From positions 23,119 through 87,118 of the forward strand of contig JACPPG010000005.1 of the NCBI GenBank assembly GCA_016191115.1: a stretch of 64,000 nucleotides of DNA, read 5' to 3'. A model generated the notes under the pieces. It was not told the DNA's origin and did no database searches. It was given only the letters and a program-made list of their open reading frames with translations. This DNA comes from Planctomycetia bacterium (GTDB taxonomy: Bacteria > Planctomycetota > Planctomycetia > Pirellulales > JACPPG01). Shown here piece after piece: positions 30,788 through 40,114 of the stretch (position 1 is the first letter of the stretch; each line of letters begins with the position of its first letter). The translations under genes and the position numbers were made by a program.

Positions 30788-32149
30788 TTACTTCGGCAGC
30801 CGCCCGCGCTCGACTTTCGGGAACGCGCCCGTCGTGGCGTGCATGAACGCCACTAGGTCTTGCTTGTCCTGGGCGGTGAGGTTGAGCTTCTTGATCTTCG
30901 CGTCGAGCGTCGGGTTGGGATGGCCTCCCTTGTCGTACCACTCGACCACTTCCTCGAGCGTCTTGTGGGCGCCGTTGTGCATATACGGGGCCGAGAGCGC
31001 GACGTTGCGGACCGTGGGAGTCTTGAAGGCGCCCTTGTCCTTCTCTTGCTTGGTCTCGTTGTATCGGCCCAAGTCCGGTTCCGTGGCGTCCATACCCACG
31101 CCCAGGTTGTGGTACAGCTCGTCGGCGAGATTAGGCCCGACGTGGCAGGCCGTACAGGAGCCCTTGTCGGTGAAAAATATCTCTCGGCCCCGCTTGGCGC
31201 TCTCAGACATGGGATGCGCGTCGGCCAGCGCCTTGAGCGCCTCATACTCTTTGTACAAATCCGGGTCGTCCTTCTTCAGCTCCTCCAGGTCCTGGCCGGC
31301 GAAACCGCGGAGCTTTTCATTGAAATCAAACGGCGACGGACCGGTGACGATCGCCCGCTCGAAGCTGGCAATGGCCTTGGCGATGTTGTCGATGTTGACG
31401 CTGTCGTCTCCGAAGACCTTGTCGAACTGCATCGGGTAGCCCTCGATCCCTTTGACCGTGGCGACGGCCTGCTCGTGCGTGTTGGCCATCTCGATGGGGT
31501 TGGCGATGGGCCCCTTGGCCTGCTCCTCGAGGCTTGCCGCGCGGCCGTCCCAGAATTGCAGCGCACTCTGGATGCGGTTATACGAGACGGGCGAATTGCG
31601 GCCGCCCATCTGATCGCGGACGCCGACTCCGAATTGCGTGTGCGCGGCGTATCCCTGCTCGGGGTCGTGGCAGCTTGCGCAACTGATCGTGCCGTCGCTG
31701 GAAAGGCGGGTGTCGAAATAGAGCTGCCGGCCCAGCTCGATCTTGGCCCGCGTCAGCGGGTTGGCGTCCAGGCCCTTGACGGCCTGTAGACCAGCGTCGA
31801 GCCCCAGTGGCAGGGCGATGTCGAGCGTCTCATGATTCTTCGGGTCGTCGACCCAGGCTTTGATCTGCTCAACAGTGAGATCGCCATCGCCGGGAATGCC
31901 GGCGGTCAGCTCGGGCGAGCCGAGCAGGACCTTGCCCTCCGGCACGGTGATGCCGTCGGTGTAGCTGGCGGGCTCGGCGTCAGCGGCCTCGGCGCCATTC
32001 GCACCGGCTTCGGCTTTTGCCGTCTTGCTGGCGCCCGCCTTGCCGGTCGTCCCCTTTTTGTCGGCCGTCTGGGTGCAGCCGGCAGCCACGAGCAAGATGG
32101 CACACACCAGGGGAGTCACCGCGTGCACCATGTGGAAACGAGCGTGCAT
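30788..32149 (-). CDS. Di-heme cytochrome c peroxidase/MauG family (probable lipoprotein)
   Basis: CASCH and CTACH heme motifs, FWDGRA, FKTPT.RN and PYMH. Confidence 0.93.
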   Translation of the reverse strand: MHARFHMVHAVTPLVCAILLVAAGCTQTADKKGTTGKAGASKTAKAEAGANGAEAADAEPASYTDGITVPEGKVLLGSPELTAGIPGDGDLTVEQIKAWVDDPKNHETLDIALPLGLDAGLQAVKGLDANPLTRAKIELGRQLYFDTRLSSDGTISCASCHDPEQGYAAHTQFGVGVRDQMGGRNSPVSYNRIQSALQFWDGRAASLEEQAKGPIANPIEMANTHEQAVATVKGIEGYPMQFDKVFGDDSVNIDNIAKAIASFERAIVTGPSPFDFNEKLRGFAGQDLEELKKDDPDLYKEYEALKALADAHPMSESAKRGREIFFTDKGSCTACHVGPNLADELYHNLGVGMDATEPDLGRYNETKQEKDKGAFKTPTVRNVALSAPYMHNGAHKTLEEVVEWYDKGGHPNPTLDAKIKKLNLTAQDKQDLVAFMHATTGAFPKVERGRLPK

Positions 32150-32287
32150 GATCGAATCCCTTTGTTCTTTGCGTGGAAAAACGGCGGATCCGTTGGCGCG
32201 CCGCACAAAACACCGGCGCGCGAGGCCCGAAGGACCAGCAGTATCCGATAAAACAAGAGGCGCTTCAAGCGGCGGGAGGAGCAATTG

Positions 32288-32444
32288 CAGGGCCGTTCAC
32301 AGATTCAAGCTTGCCGGCGGCGCACCGGCGGGAAAGTGGGACAGGCACCGCGACGCAACGTTGGTCTGAAAGGACTTGCGCTGTTTATGCTCGGAGCCAG
32401 TCCCATTTTCCCGCCTCGCCATTTTGAAAAACAGAATGGCCCTG
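32288..32444 (+). mobile_element. MITE-A copy 4 (157 bp)
   Basis: Perfect 11-bp target duplication aggagcaattg (32277-32287 / 32445-32455). Confidence 0.95.
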
Positions 32445-32460
32445 AGGAGCAATTGGCGAA

Positions 32461-32737
32461 CCGTAGGGTGCTCTGCGAGCACCGGAGGTCCGATCTTGTG
32501 CGCACAGTGCACACAACACCGCCCGTGGCGGCCGTCTGCGAGCCGCTAGTGGCCGTGCCTACCACCGCTGGAACCGGAAGCGAACGACCGGCGTAGCCAT
32601 CTTCGATTTGCCCCAGACGCGTGCCCGCGCTCGCGACGACCACACGTCGCTCACCGGGTTTCCCTGGATGTAGCTGCAGGGCGCTCTGCGAGGACCTGCG
32701 CGTCCGCGCGATTCCGGTGTCCGCAGGACACCCTACG
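32461..32737. repeat. Cluster of GTAG-type REP-like units (CGTAGGGTG...)
   Basis: cgtagggtgctctgcgagcacc at 32462 and inverted ggtgtccgcaggacaccctacg ending at 32737; related unit at 52366-52389. Confidence 0.65.
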
Positions 32738-33164
32738 AAATCGCGGCGATCGCACGAAACGTCGCCTCGTCCAGGAACACCGCCTCGCGCGTGAGTTGAA
32801 TCATCACGGCAGTCCCCGGCCAGCCACAAGCCGACAGGAGCCGATCGAACTGTTCGGCGGGGCAGGTCCCCTTCAAATCGACGAACAAAAGTCGCCCGTC
32901 GCGGTCGTAAAGCACGCCGTCGACTTGCCAGCAGCGATCGCTCGTGGCCGGAGACACCCACACGAACGAGCCATCGGGCTCGATGTACATTCGCGGCAGT
33001 CGGGCCAGCGCCGCGGCGGCCGCTTCAAAGCTCACGGGAAACGCCGTCGCCAGCCCCTCGGGCGACAATTGCAACGTGGGATAAGCGCGGCCGCGGCGCG
33101 AAATCGTGCCGGCCGCGGTCACGTCGGCCGGGCGGGCGTGCAGGGTGATGTGGAAGGAGTACAT
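32733..33164 (-). CDS. Hypothetical protein
   Basis: Globular-looking 143-aa ORF (EPDGSFVW, DG.LYD) co-oriented with cutA. Confidence 0.7.
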   Translation of the reverse strand: MYSFHITLHARPADVTAAGTISRRGRAYPTLQLSPEGLATAFPVSFEAAAAALARLPRMYIEPDGSFVWVSPATSDRCWQVDGVLYDRDGRLLFVDLKGTCPAEQFDRLLSACGWPGTAVMIQLTREAVFLDEATFRAIAAIS

Positions 33165-33171
33165 CGGGAGT

Positions 33172-33263
33172 CGGGAGGGCGAGGCTCCCGCCGAGCCGAA
33201 CTCTTTGAGTGATTAGATCGACGTCAATTGTAGCGCCGGCTCAGCAGGAGCTTCGCCCTCCCG
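33172..33263. repeat. REP-like inverted pair, family GGGAGGGCGAGGCTCC
   Basis: Same arms as at 23657; the right arm overlaps the cutA stop. Confidence 0.85.
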
Positions 33264-33594
33264 TGTTATCCGACTGTGGCGGCACCTCCGCGTCGATCCA
33301 ATCGAGATACGCCTGGCTTCCCGACGCGATCGGTGTGGCCACGATTTCGGGCACCTGGTAGGGGTGCAGCTCGCGGATCGCCGTCTCAACGCGCGCGTAC
33401 AGGTCGCCGCGGGTTTTGGCGATGCATTGCCATTCGGTGGCAGTCTGCACTTTGCCTTCCCAGCGAAAAGTGCTGGTGATCGGCCCCGCCACTTGCACGC
33501 AAGCGGCCAGCCGCCGTTCGACGAGCGCCGCGGCGATCCGCTGCGCATCTTCCTTTGTCTCTGCGGTGGTGATGACTTGGATGTAGTTGGGCAT
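33241..33594 (-). CDS. cutA: Divalent-cation tolerance protein CutA
   Basis: LVERRLAACV, S.FRWEG and HPYQVPEI. Confidence 0.93.
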   Translation of the reverse strand: MPNYIQVITTAETKEDAQRIAAALVERRLAACVQVAGPITSTFRWEGKVQTATEWQCIAKTRGDLYARVETAIRELHPYQVPEIVATPIASGSQAYLDWIDAEVPPQSDNTGGRSSC

Positions 33595-33625
33595 GAAGAA
33601 GCGACTAGCAATCGGCGACTAGCGA

Positions 33626-34594
33626 CTAGCAAGAACGATCAATCATGGCGTGACGCACGGCGTCGAGCGCCTTCATGTTGGCCAGGCCGTCCTCGGCGGG
33701 ATCGACGAGTCTTCCCGCCGCCACGCTGGCGCAAAAGCACTCGATCTGAGCCGCATATTGATCGGTTGCCGGAAAGTGGATCGTCTCTTCCCCGCCGCCG
33801 GACCGGACGATCAGCTCCGTCTGCCCGCGCGGCAAAACGCCGCCGGGAAACGAAATCGCGCCTTTCGTGCCGACGATCTCCAGCCGGTTGCGGTAGGGGC
33901 ACTCGAAGCTCGAATCCAATAGCGCCATGCGGTCCCCCGGAAAACGCAGCAGCATGGAAAGCGTCATATCCACGCCCGTCTGATAGCGAGCGGCGCGGGC
34001 AACGACCTCCACCGGTTCCGCGCCGTTGAACAGCCGCGCGGCGTTGATACCGTAACAGCCCAGGTCCGAGAGCGATCCGCCACCGTGGCGCGGATCGAGC
34101 CGCCAATCGCCGCGGTCGATATCGAACGAGAAATCCATCGTCACCAGCCGCAGCTCGCCCAGCAGACCGTCGGCGAGCATCTTCCGCGCGTGAGCGACGC
34201 GGGGATGGTGGCGCCACATAAACGCTTCCATCAAGAGCACGCCGCGCTGGTGACACGCGTCGACCATGGACTGAGCCTGCCGGGCGTCGAGCGCGAGCGG
34301 TTTTTCGCACAGCACGTGCTTGCCGGCTTGGGCCGCGGCGACGGTCCACGGCAGGTGCAACTCGTTCGGCAACGGAACGTAGACGGCGTCGATTTCGCGG
34401 TCGGCCAGGAGCGCCTCGTAGGAGCCGTGGGCCGTGGGGATGGCAAACTCGTCGGCCCAAGCGCGGGCGGCCGCGCCGTCGCGGCTGGCAATCGCCGCCA
34501 GCCGGGCACCGGGCGCCTGCTGAAATGCCCCAATCAACGCGCGACGCACGATGCGAGCACAGCCCAGGACGCCGAAGTTCAAGGGGCGAGGCAT
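33626..34594 (-). CDS. Gfo/Idh/MocA family oxidoreductase
   Basis: GVLGCARI, GKHVLCEKP and GGSLSDLGCY. Confidence 0.93.
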   Translation of the reverse strand: MPRPLNFGVLGCARIVRRALIGAFQQAPGARLAAIASRDGAAARAWADEFAIPTAHGSYEALLADREIDAVYVPLPNELHLPWTVAAAQAGKHVLCEKPLALDARQAQSMVDACHQRGVLLMEAFMWRHHPRVAHARKMLADGLLGELRLVTMDFSFDIDRGDWRLDPRHGGGSLSDLGCYGINAARLFNGAEPVEVVARAARYQTGVDMTLSMLLRFPGDRMALLDSSFECPYRNRLEIVGTKGAISFPGGVLPRGQTELIVRSGGGEETIHFPATDQYAAQIECFCASVAAGRLVDPAEDGLANMKALDAVRHAMIDRSC

Positions 34595-34732
34595 GCCGGG
34601 AAATCTACCACTGGCGCCGCCTGAGTCATAGAGCTTGGTCGTGCCGCGCGCCGTTGGCTGCGCCGCGCATGGCGGCATGGGCGACGCCGGCGCATAATGA
34701 CACGCGCTGCTCAACTTCCCCGGTTGTTTCTT

Positions 34733-35653
34733 ATGCGCGAGCCCGAAGCCTACCTCGGCGGCACGTTCGTCCCGCTCTCCCAAGCGCGGATACCGCTCTA
34801 CGATACGGGCTTCATGCTCGGCGCGACCGTGTCCGAGCAACTGCGAACCTTTAGCGGCCGGATCTTTCGGCTGGAAGAGCACCTCGCGCGGCTAAGCCGC
34901 TCCCTGGCCATCGTAGGTATTGAACTGCCGCGCGCGGCGTGCGATCTGGCGGGCATTGCCGAAGAGCTCGTCGGGCGGAACTATCGCCTCGTCGAGGAGG
35001 GCGACGATCTGGGATTGTCCATGTTTGTCACGCCCGGGCCGTACTCAACCCTCGCCGGCCGTGATGCAAGGCCCGGGCCCACCGTGGGGTTGCACACATA
35101 CTCGCTCCCCTTTCATTTGTGGCGGGACAAGTACGAGTCGGGCGAGAGGCTGGTGACGCCGCAGGTTCGCCAGGTGCCGCCGGAATGCTGGCCCGCCGAA
35201 TTGAAATGCCGCAGTCGCGTGCACTATTATCTCGCCGACCAGCAGGCGCGGCAGATCGAGCCGGGCGCCCGTGCCTTGATGACGGACGGCGGCGGCTGCG
35301 TCTTGGAGACGTCGACCTCGAATCTGCTGGCCTATCGGGAGGGGGAAGGACTGGTCTCGCCTCCCTTGCGTTCGATCCTGCCGGGAATCAGCCTGGCAGT
35401 GACGCTCGAACTGGCCGCCGCAGCCGGGATCGCGCGCCGGGAGCGCGAATTGTCGATCGACGACGTGCGAACGGCCCAAGAGGCAATGCTCACCAGCACG
35501 CCCAACTGCCTCTTGCCAGCCACGCACCTAAACGGCGCGGCGATCGGAGGAGGCATGCCGGGCCCGATCTACCGCCGGCTTCTGGCAGCATGGAACGAGC
35601 TGGCAGGACTGGACATCGTGGAGCAGGCGCGCCGCTTTGCCTCGCGCGCATGA
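34733..35653 (+). CDS. Aminotransferase class IV (IlvE/Dat-like)
   Basis: D.GF..G, FRLEEHL.RL, LK.RS...Y and ILPGIS. Confidence 0.9.
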   Translation: MREPEAYLGGTFVPLSQARIPLYDTGFMLGATVSEQLRTFSGRIFRLEEHLARLSRSLAIVGIELPRAACDLAGIAEELVGRNYRLVEEGDDLGLSMFVTPGPYSTLAGRDARPGPTVGLHTYSLPFHLWRDKYESGERLVTPQVRQVPPECWPAELKCRSRVHYYLADQQARQIEPGARALMTDGGGCVLETSTSNLLAYREGEGLVSPPLRSILPGISLAVTLELAAAAGIARRERELSIDDVRTAQEAMLTSTPNCLLPATHLNGAAIGGGMPGPIYRRLLAAWNELAGLDIVEQARRFASRA

Positions 35654-35700
35654 TCCGCCCTGCGCCGGATGCCGCGACCTGCGCGCAGCGCGCTTCGCAA

Positions 35701-35771
35701 AGAGGCCGGTGGGAGTCGAACCCACTTTGACCGGGTTGCAGCCGGTTGCCGGGCCGTCTGGCTCCAGCCTC
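35701..35771 (-). tRNA. tRNA-Cys(GCA), non-canonical core, CCA not encoded
   Basis: Cloverleaf: GAGGCTG/CGGCCTC acceptor, GCC/GGC D-stem, ACCGG-CTGCAAC-CCGGT, GTGGG-TTCGACT-CCCAC, U73. Confidence 0.88.
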
Positions 35772-36074
35772 GCTCTTGGTCTGCCCAGCGCGAACCGGGG
35801 CAGATGTACGATTACATCGGTTCTACGAGGGGTACGGCTTAAGGGCGGGCCTAATGGGTGGTTGTGACACCCGTTGGGCGTGCTATCACGCGTACTTCGG
35901 GTTCGATTGTCTTTCCGGATTTGACGCTAGGGCTTTTCCGAACAAGAGTTGCGCGGGGTAGTGTGCACCGGACTGCGCGGCGGCCGCCGGAATGGTCCGG
36001 GCAAATGCGTGGGCCACGTCGTCGCCGCGGACGGGTCCCCGGTTCAAACCGGAAGTCTCCTGGGGAGAGGTCTT

Positions 36075-38228
36075 GTGGGATTGCGCCGAACCAAGCCAAC
36101 GCGCCGACGTGCCGTCACGATGGTGCTTGCCGCCTTCATGATGGTTGGCCTGCTGGGCATGGTGGCCTTCGCCATGGACGTGGGCTACGTGGTGCTCGTG
36201 CGCAGTCAGCTTCAGGCTGCCGCCGACTCGGCCGCCATGGCCGCCGCGGCGGTGATGGGCAACGATCCCAAGGAAGCTCTCAGCACCGCCCGTCAGTACG
36301 CCGCCTATCACGTTGCCGGCGGCGCGAACGTGCAACTCGTCGACGCCGACGTTGAGTTCGGCGTGTGGGACACGACGACCCGCACGTTTATGCCCATGAA
36401 CACGGCCGGGAACGCGATTCGCATCACGGCGCGACGCGACGAGAACGCGGGTGGCGAGGCGCCGCTGTTCTTTGCCCGCGTGCTGGGACAGAACAGCTTC
36501 AGCATGTCGGCCTCGGCCGTGGCGATGTGCAATCCGCGCGACATTGCGTTCGTCGTGGATCTGTCGGGATCGATGAACGACGACACCGAGCCGGCGTGGG
36601 CCACGGCAGCGATCAACAGCGCGTTCGGCGGCATGTCCGGCGACGCGTTGATGCAAGCCGTGTACAGCGACTTCAATTTCGGGTCGTTCCCCGGCACGCT
36701 GCAATACGTCGGCGAGCCGCTGAGCGTCGTGACTACCTCGAGCGCGTATGCGGCCCTGACAAGCGACGTGGGACCATTGTCGCTACCGGCCGTGCCGGCG
36801 GCCTACCGGATTCTACCGACGGACAACGAGGCGCAGCGGAAGGTGAAGGGATATAGCTGGATCATCGACAATCAGCTTGCGGTGATCATGCCCAACGCCA
36901 AGCCCACGCCCGACAGCACGCAGAACTACGCGTACTACGAGAAGTATCTGGACTACATCATGCGGAGCTTGACGATCGCGCCGCCGCCGTCGCCGAGCCC
37001 GAGTCCGTCTCCCAGTCCATCCCCATCCCCTTCACCGTCTCCCAGCCCGTCGCCGGCGCCGGCGCCGCCATCTCCTCCCCCACCCCCGGCCCCTCCGCCC
37101 ACGCCGAAACCGCCGCCGATCGGCGTGTGGCCCAGCGATCCGGGCATACGGCTCGTCTCGCTCGGCGGTTTGCTTGAGAACCCGAGCGGCGCGGGAGGCA
37201 ACCGGCGCGTTCCCGACAACCTGCTGGCGATGAACTCCGGCGGCGTGTGGACCGAGCTGGTGCTGCCGCAACTGGCCTTGGGCGCAAGCTATTCGGCGAC
37301 GACGCCGCCGTTGAGCCGCGGGACGCTGCCCCCCAGCCAGAGCAGCTACCGGATCGACGGATTCAATAATCCCAACACCGCGGCCTATCCTGGGCTCAGC
37401 ATCAGCGTGCCGCGCTCGTACCGCAACTACGTGGGCTACCGCACGTACGCGCAGTTCCTGATGGACTACGGCCGGGACGTCAAGGTTGTGGCATCACTCT
37501 ACGGGACGCTGTCGCTCAATAGCGGCGCCGCGCCCACGCACATGGAAGGGACGGCGGGGGGCACGTTCATGTTCCCGCCGCGCGAGCAACCGACGCACGC
37601 GGCCCGTCGTTCGTTGATCGCCGCGCTGAAAGTGGTCAAGGACCAGAACATCAACGTTCCGGCCGCGAATCAGCGCGACTGGGTTTCGATCGTCAGTTTC
37701 GACAAAGTGGCCGCTTTGACGTTAGCTCTGACCTCGGACTATGACGCGGTCATGCAGGCCTGTACGCAGTTGCAGGCCGTCGGCGATATCGGGGCATCCA
37801 CCGCGACCGAAGCCGGATTGAGCACGGCCATTGCCCATTTGTCAGGCGCCGGGCGACAGAACACGAACAAAGATATCGTCCTCTTGACCGACGGAATCCC
37901 CAACACTTACTCGAGCTCCTCGCAGACCATCAACGGTTACATCAACGCCAACCCAAACGCCGATTTCTACAACGACGGTTCCTATTGGACCGACGCGGCC
38001 CTGATGCAAGTCTCCAAGGCGCGCGGCAAGAACTGGCGCGTGTACGCCGTGGGTCTGGGTGGCGGCTGCGACTACAACTTCATGGACCGCGTCGCCCGGC
38101 TGGGCGGCACGGCCGACGCCGCCGGCCAGAGTCCGCGCGGGACGGGCGACCCCATGTCGTACGAGCAGACGCTGACCAAGATTTTCAAGGATATTATTAC
38201 ACAGCCCCAAGTTCGCCTCGTGCAGTGA
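36075..38228 (+). CDS. TadG-like pilus-assembly protein with split vWA domain and Pro/Ser linker
   Basis: RRRAV+TM+DVG..LQAAADSAA.A (Tad N-terminus), DLSGSM MIDAS and LLTDG; GTG start inferred. Confidence 0.85.
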   Translation: MGLRRTKPTRRRAVTMVLAAFMMVGLLGMVAFAMDVGYVVLVRSQLQAAADSAAMAAAAVMGNDPKEALSTARQYAAYHVAGGANVQLVDADVEFGVWDTTTRTFMPMNTAGNAIRITARRDENAGGEAPLFFARVLGQNSFSMSASAVAMCNPRDIAFVVDLSGSMNDDTEPAWATAAINSAFGGMSGDALMQAVYSDFNFGSFPGTLQYVGEPLSVVTTSSAYAALTSDVGPLSLPAVPAAYRILPTDNEAQRKVKGYSWIIDNQLAVIMPNAKPTPDSTQNYAYYEKYLDYIMRSLTIAPPPSPSPSPSPSPSPSPSPSPSPSPAPAPPSPPPPPAPPPTPKPPPIGVWPSDPGIRLVSLGGLLENPSGAGGNRRVPDNLLAMNSGGVWTELVLPQLALGASYSATTPPLSRGTLPPSQSSYRIDGFNNPNTAAYPGLSISVPRSYRNYVGYRTYAQFLMDYGRDVKVVASLYGTLSLNSGAAPTHMEGTAGGTFMFPPREQPTHAARRSLIAALKVVKDQNINVPAANQRDWVSIVSFDKVAALTLALTSDYDAVMQACTQLQAVGDIGASTATEAGLSTAIAHLSGAGRQNTNKDIVLLTDGIPNTYSSSSQTINGYINANPNADFYNDGSYWTDAALMQVSKARGKNWRVYAVGLGGGCDYNFMDRVARLGGTADAAGQSPRGTGDPMSYEQTLTKIFKDIITQPQVRLVQ

Positions 38229-38293
38229 CGAGAGGACGCCGCACGTCACCTTCCCCGAGCGGGGGCATTGGCTCGCGCCAGCGCGTCCCCGCC

Positions 38294-38450
38294 CTGGGCC
38301 GTTCACAGATTCAAGCTTGCCGGCGGCGCACCGGCGGGAAAGTGGGACGGGCACCGAGACGAAACGTTGGTCTGAAAGGGCTTGCGCTGTTTATGCTCGG
38401 AGCCAGTCCCATTTTCCCGCCTCGCCATTTTGAAAAACAGAATGGCCCTG
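38294..38450 (+). mobile_element. MITE-A copy 5 (157 bp)
   Basis: Perfect 10-bp target duplication cgtccccgcc; left end CTGGGCC. Confidence 0.95.
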
Positions 38451-38567
38451 CGTCCCCGCCACGTTTGCTCGTCGCGGGCGATCGGCCGAGTTACAATAGC
38501 AGCATCGTTCGCCACGGCCGGCACGGCGATCGATTCTCAACCGGACCCTCTATCGCGCGGGCATAGC

Positions 38568-39749
38568 ATGATTCACTTGAAGCTCCTCGGTCCCCTCGCC
38601 GTTTGTTGCCTTACGGTCGTGTTCTCCGGCTGCTCGCGGTCGTCGTCGGACGCCGTGGCTTTGCCAACCGAGGGCCGCACCAGCCATGCCGACGGGCGCG
38701 TGGAAATCATCTCCCAGGTTTACGACATCGACCGCATCTACCGCTCGATGACCGGGCCGTGGAGCGCGAACCAGGTCCAGCTCGTCGAGGGGGATCGGCC
38801 GGAACTGGTATGGATCACCGGCTGCCACGTCGAAATGGTCGGCTCCGACGGCGCTACCAGCATGCCCGAGCAGTTCATGTGCCACGCCAACCTGGACTAC
38901 GACGTGGAGAAGCACAGCGAGCTGTTTCACTTCACGAAGCGGCTGGACGGTCGGCTGTTCACGCTGTCGCAGGGTCAGTTGCACGTCGAGTTTCCCAAGG
39001 GGTTCGGCATCCCCGTGATGTCGAACGAGGCCCTGGACCTGGCCACGCAAGTGCTCAACTTGAACGTCAAGGATCGGGCGTTCCAGGTGCGGCACAAGGT
39101 ACACGTCGATTTCGTGCGCGATCGCGACGCCGCCGAGCCCTTCAAGCCGCTGTACGAGTGCGGCGTGTCGAGCATGGTGTCGCTCGAGGGACGCAGCCTG
39201 GTCTTCGATCAAGGCGATGAGCCCGAGCACGGGCCGTGCAAGTCGTGCTGCATCCCCGGCGCCAAGGCCACCGACTGGGAGCACCAGAACGATTCGCTGG
39301 GCCGCATGTACAGCGGACACTGGGTGATCAAACCGGGCCGCGAAGAGAACCGTACCCGGGCCACGACTATCATGTCGCTTCCCTTCGACACCACGGTGCA
39401 TCACATCGCCGTGCACCTGCACCCGTTCGCCGAATCGCTCGAGCTCGTTGACCTGACGACCGGCGCCTCGATCTTCAAAAGCCACGCCCGCAATTTCGAG
39501 GATCAGATCGGGCTGGCGCACGTGGACTACTTCTCGAGCGCCGAAGGAGCGCCACTGCCAAAAGACCACGAGTACGAGCTGGTAAGCGTGTACAACAACA
39601 CGACCTGCCAGGACCAGGACTCGATGGCGGTGATGTACCTGTACCTGCTGGACAAGGAATTCAAGAAGCCGGAGATCACGGCAGCCTCTTCCGACGAGAC
39701 GCAGGCCGGCACGGAGCCGCTGAAGACGGCGCCCGGGGCGGCGGGGTAG
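38568..39749 (+). CDS. Hypothetical lipoprotein, possible copper monooxygenase (PHM/PNGase F)-like fold
   Basis: Lipobox FSGC; HLH and DSM motifs in the C-terminal half. Confidence 0.6.
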   Translation: MIHLKLLGPLAVCCLTVVFSGCSRSSSDAVALPTEGRTSHADGRVEIISQVYDIDRIYRSMTGPWSANQVQLVEGDRPELVWITGCHVEMVGSDGATSMPEQFMCHANLDYDVEKHSELFHFTKRLDGRLFTLSQGQLHVEFPKGFGIPVMSNEALDLATQVLNLNVKDRAFQVRHKVHVDFVRDRDAAEPFKPLYECGVSSMVSLEGRSLVFDQGDEPEHGPCKSCCIPGAKATDWEHQNDSLGRMYSGHWVIKPGREENRTRATTIMSLPFDTTVHHIAVHLHPFAESLELVDLTTGASIFKSHARNFEDQIGLAHVDYFSSAEGAPLPKDHEYELVSVYNNTTCQDQDSMAVMYLYLLDKEFKKPEITAASSDETQAGTEPLKTAPGAAG

Positions 39750-39752
39750 AGG

Positions 39753-40016
39753 CTACGGCACGCCGATCACCTTCTCGGCGTCGTTCTCGGTGGCTCCGGA
39801 TAGTCTCATGGCGTCGCCCACTTTTTGCTGGAGGCGATCGAGCTTCACCATCGCAGCCGCGCGCTCGGATGCTGTCGACTCTTTACAGGGGATGACCCCA
39901 TACCGCGCTCTCCCCGACTCGTCTTCCACGACGATGCCCTCGCCTTCCGTGACCTTGGCCAAGAACGAGCGAACGGGCTCGCTAAGGTGGGTGATTGTGA
40001 TTCGCTGCCAGCTCAT
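39753..40016 (-). CDS. Small hypothetical protein, weakly antitoxin-like
   Basis: AAGGAG RBS; 87 aa. Confidence 0.55.
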   Translation of the reverse strand: MSWQRITITHLSEPVRSFLAKVTEGEGIVVEDESGRARYGVIPCKESTASERAAAMVKLDRLQQKVGDAMRLSGATENDAEKVIGVP

Positions 40017-40114
40017 GAAAGACTCCTTGCGTCCATCCAGCGCGAGAACCGTGCGACAACCAGCACCGCGGCGGTCGGACCCCCCTCTGACTATACGTCA
40101 ACCCCGCCGCCCCT

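Noticed and set aside
35990..36070. Possible c-di-GMP riboswitch before the tadG-like gene
   Set aside because: Only a GGCAAA fragment and a small hairpin; the GEMM two-stem consensus is not met.
35701..38228. Integrative island at tRNA-Cys
   Set aside because: No integrase and no duplicated tRNA 3' end seen in the window.
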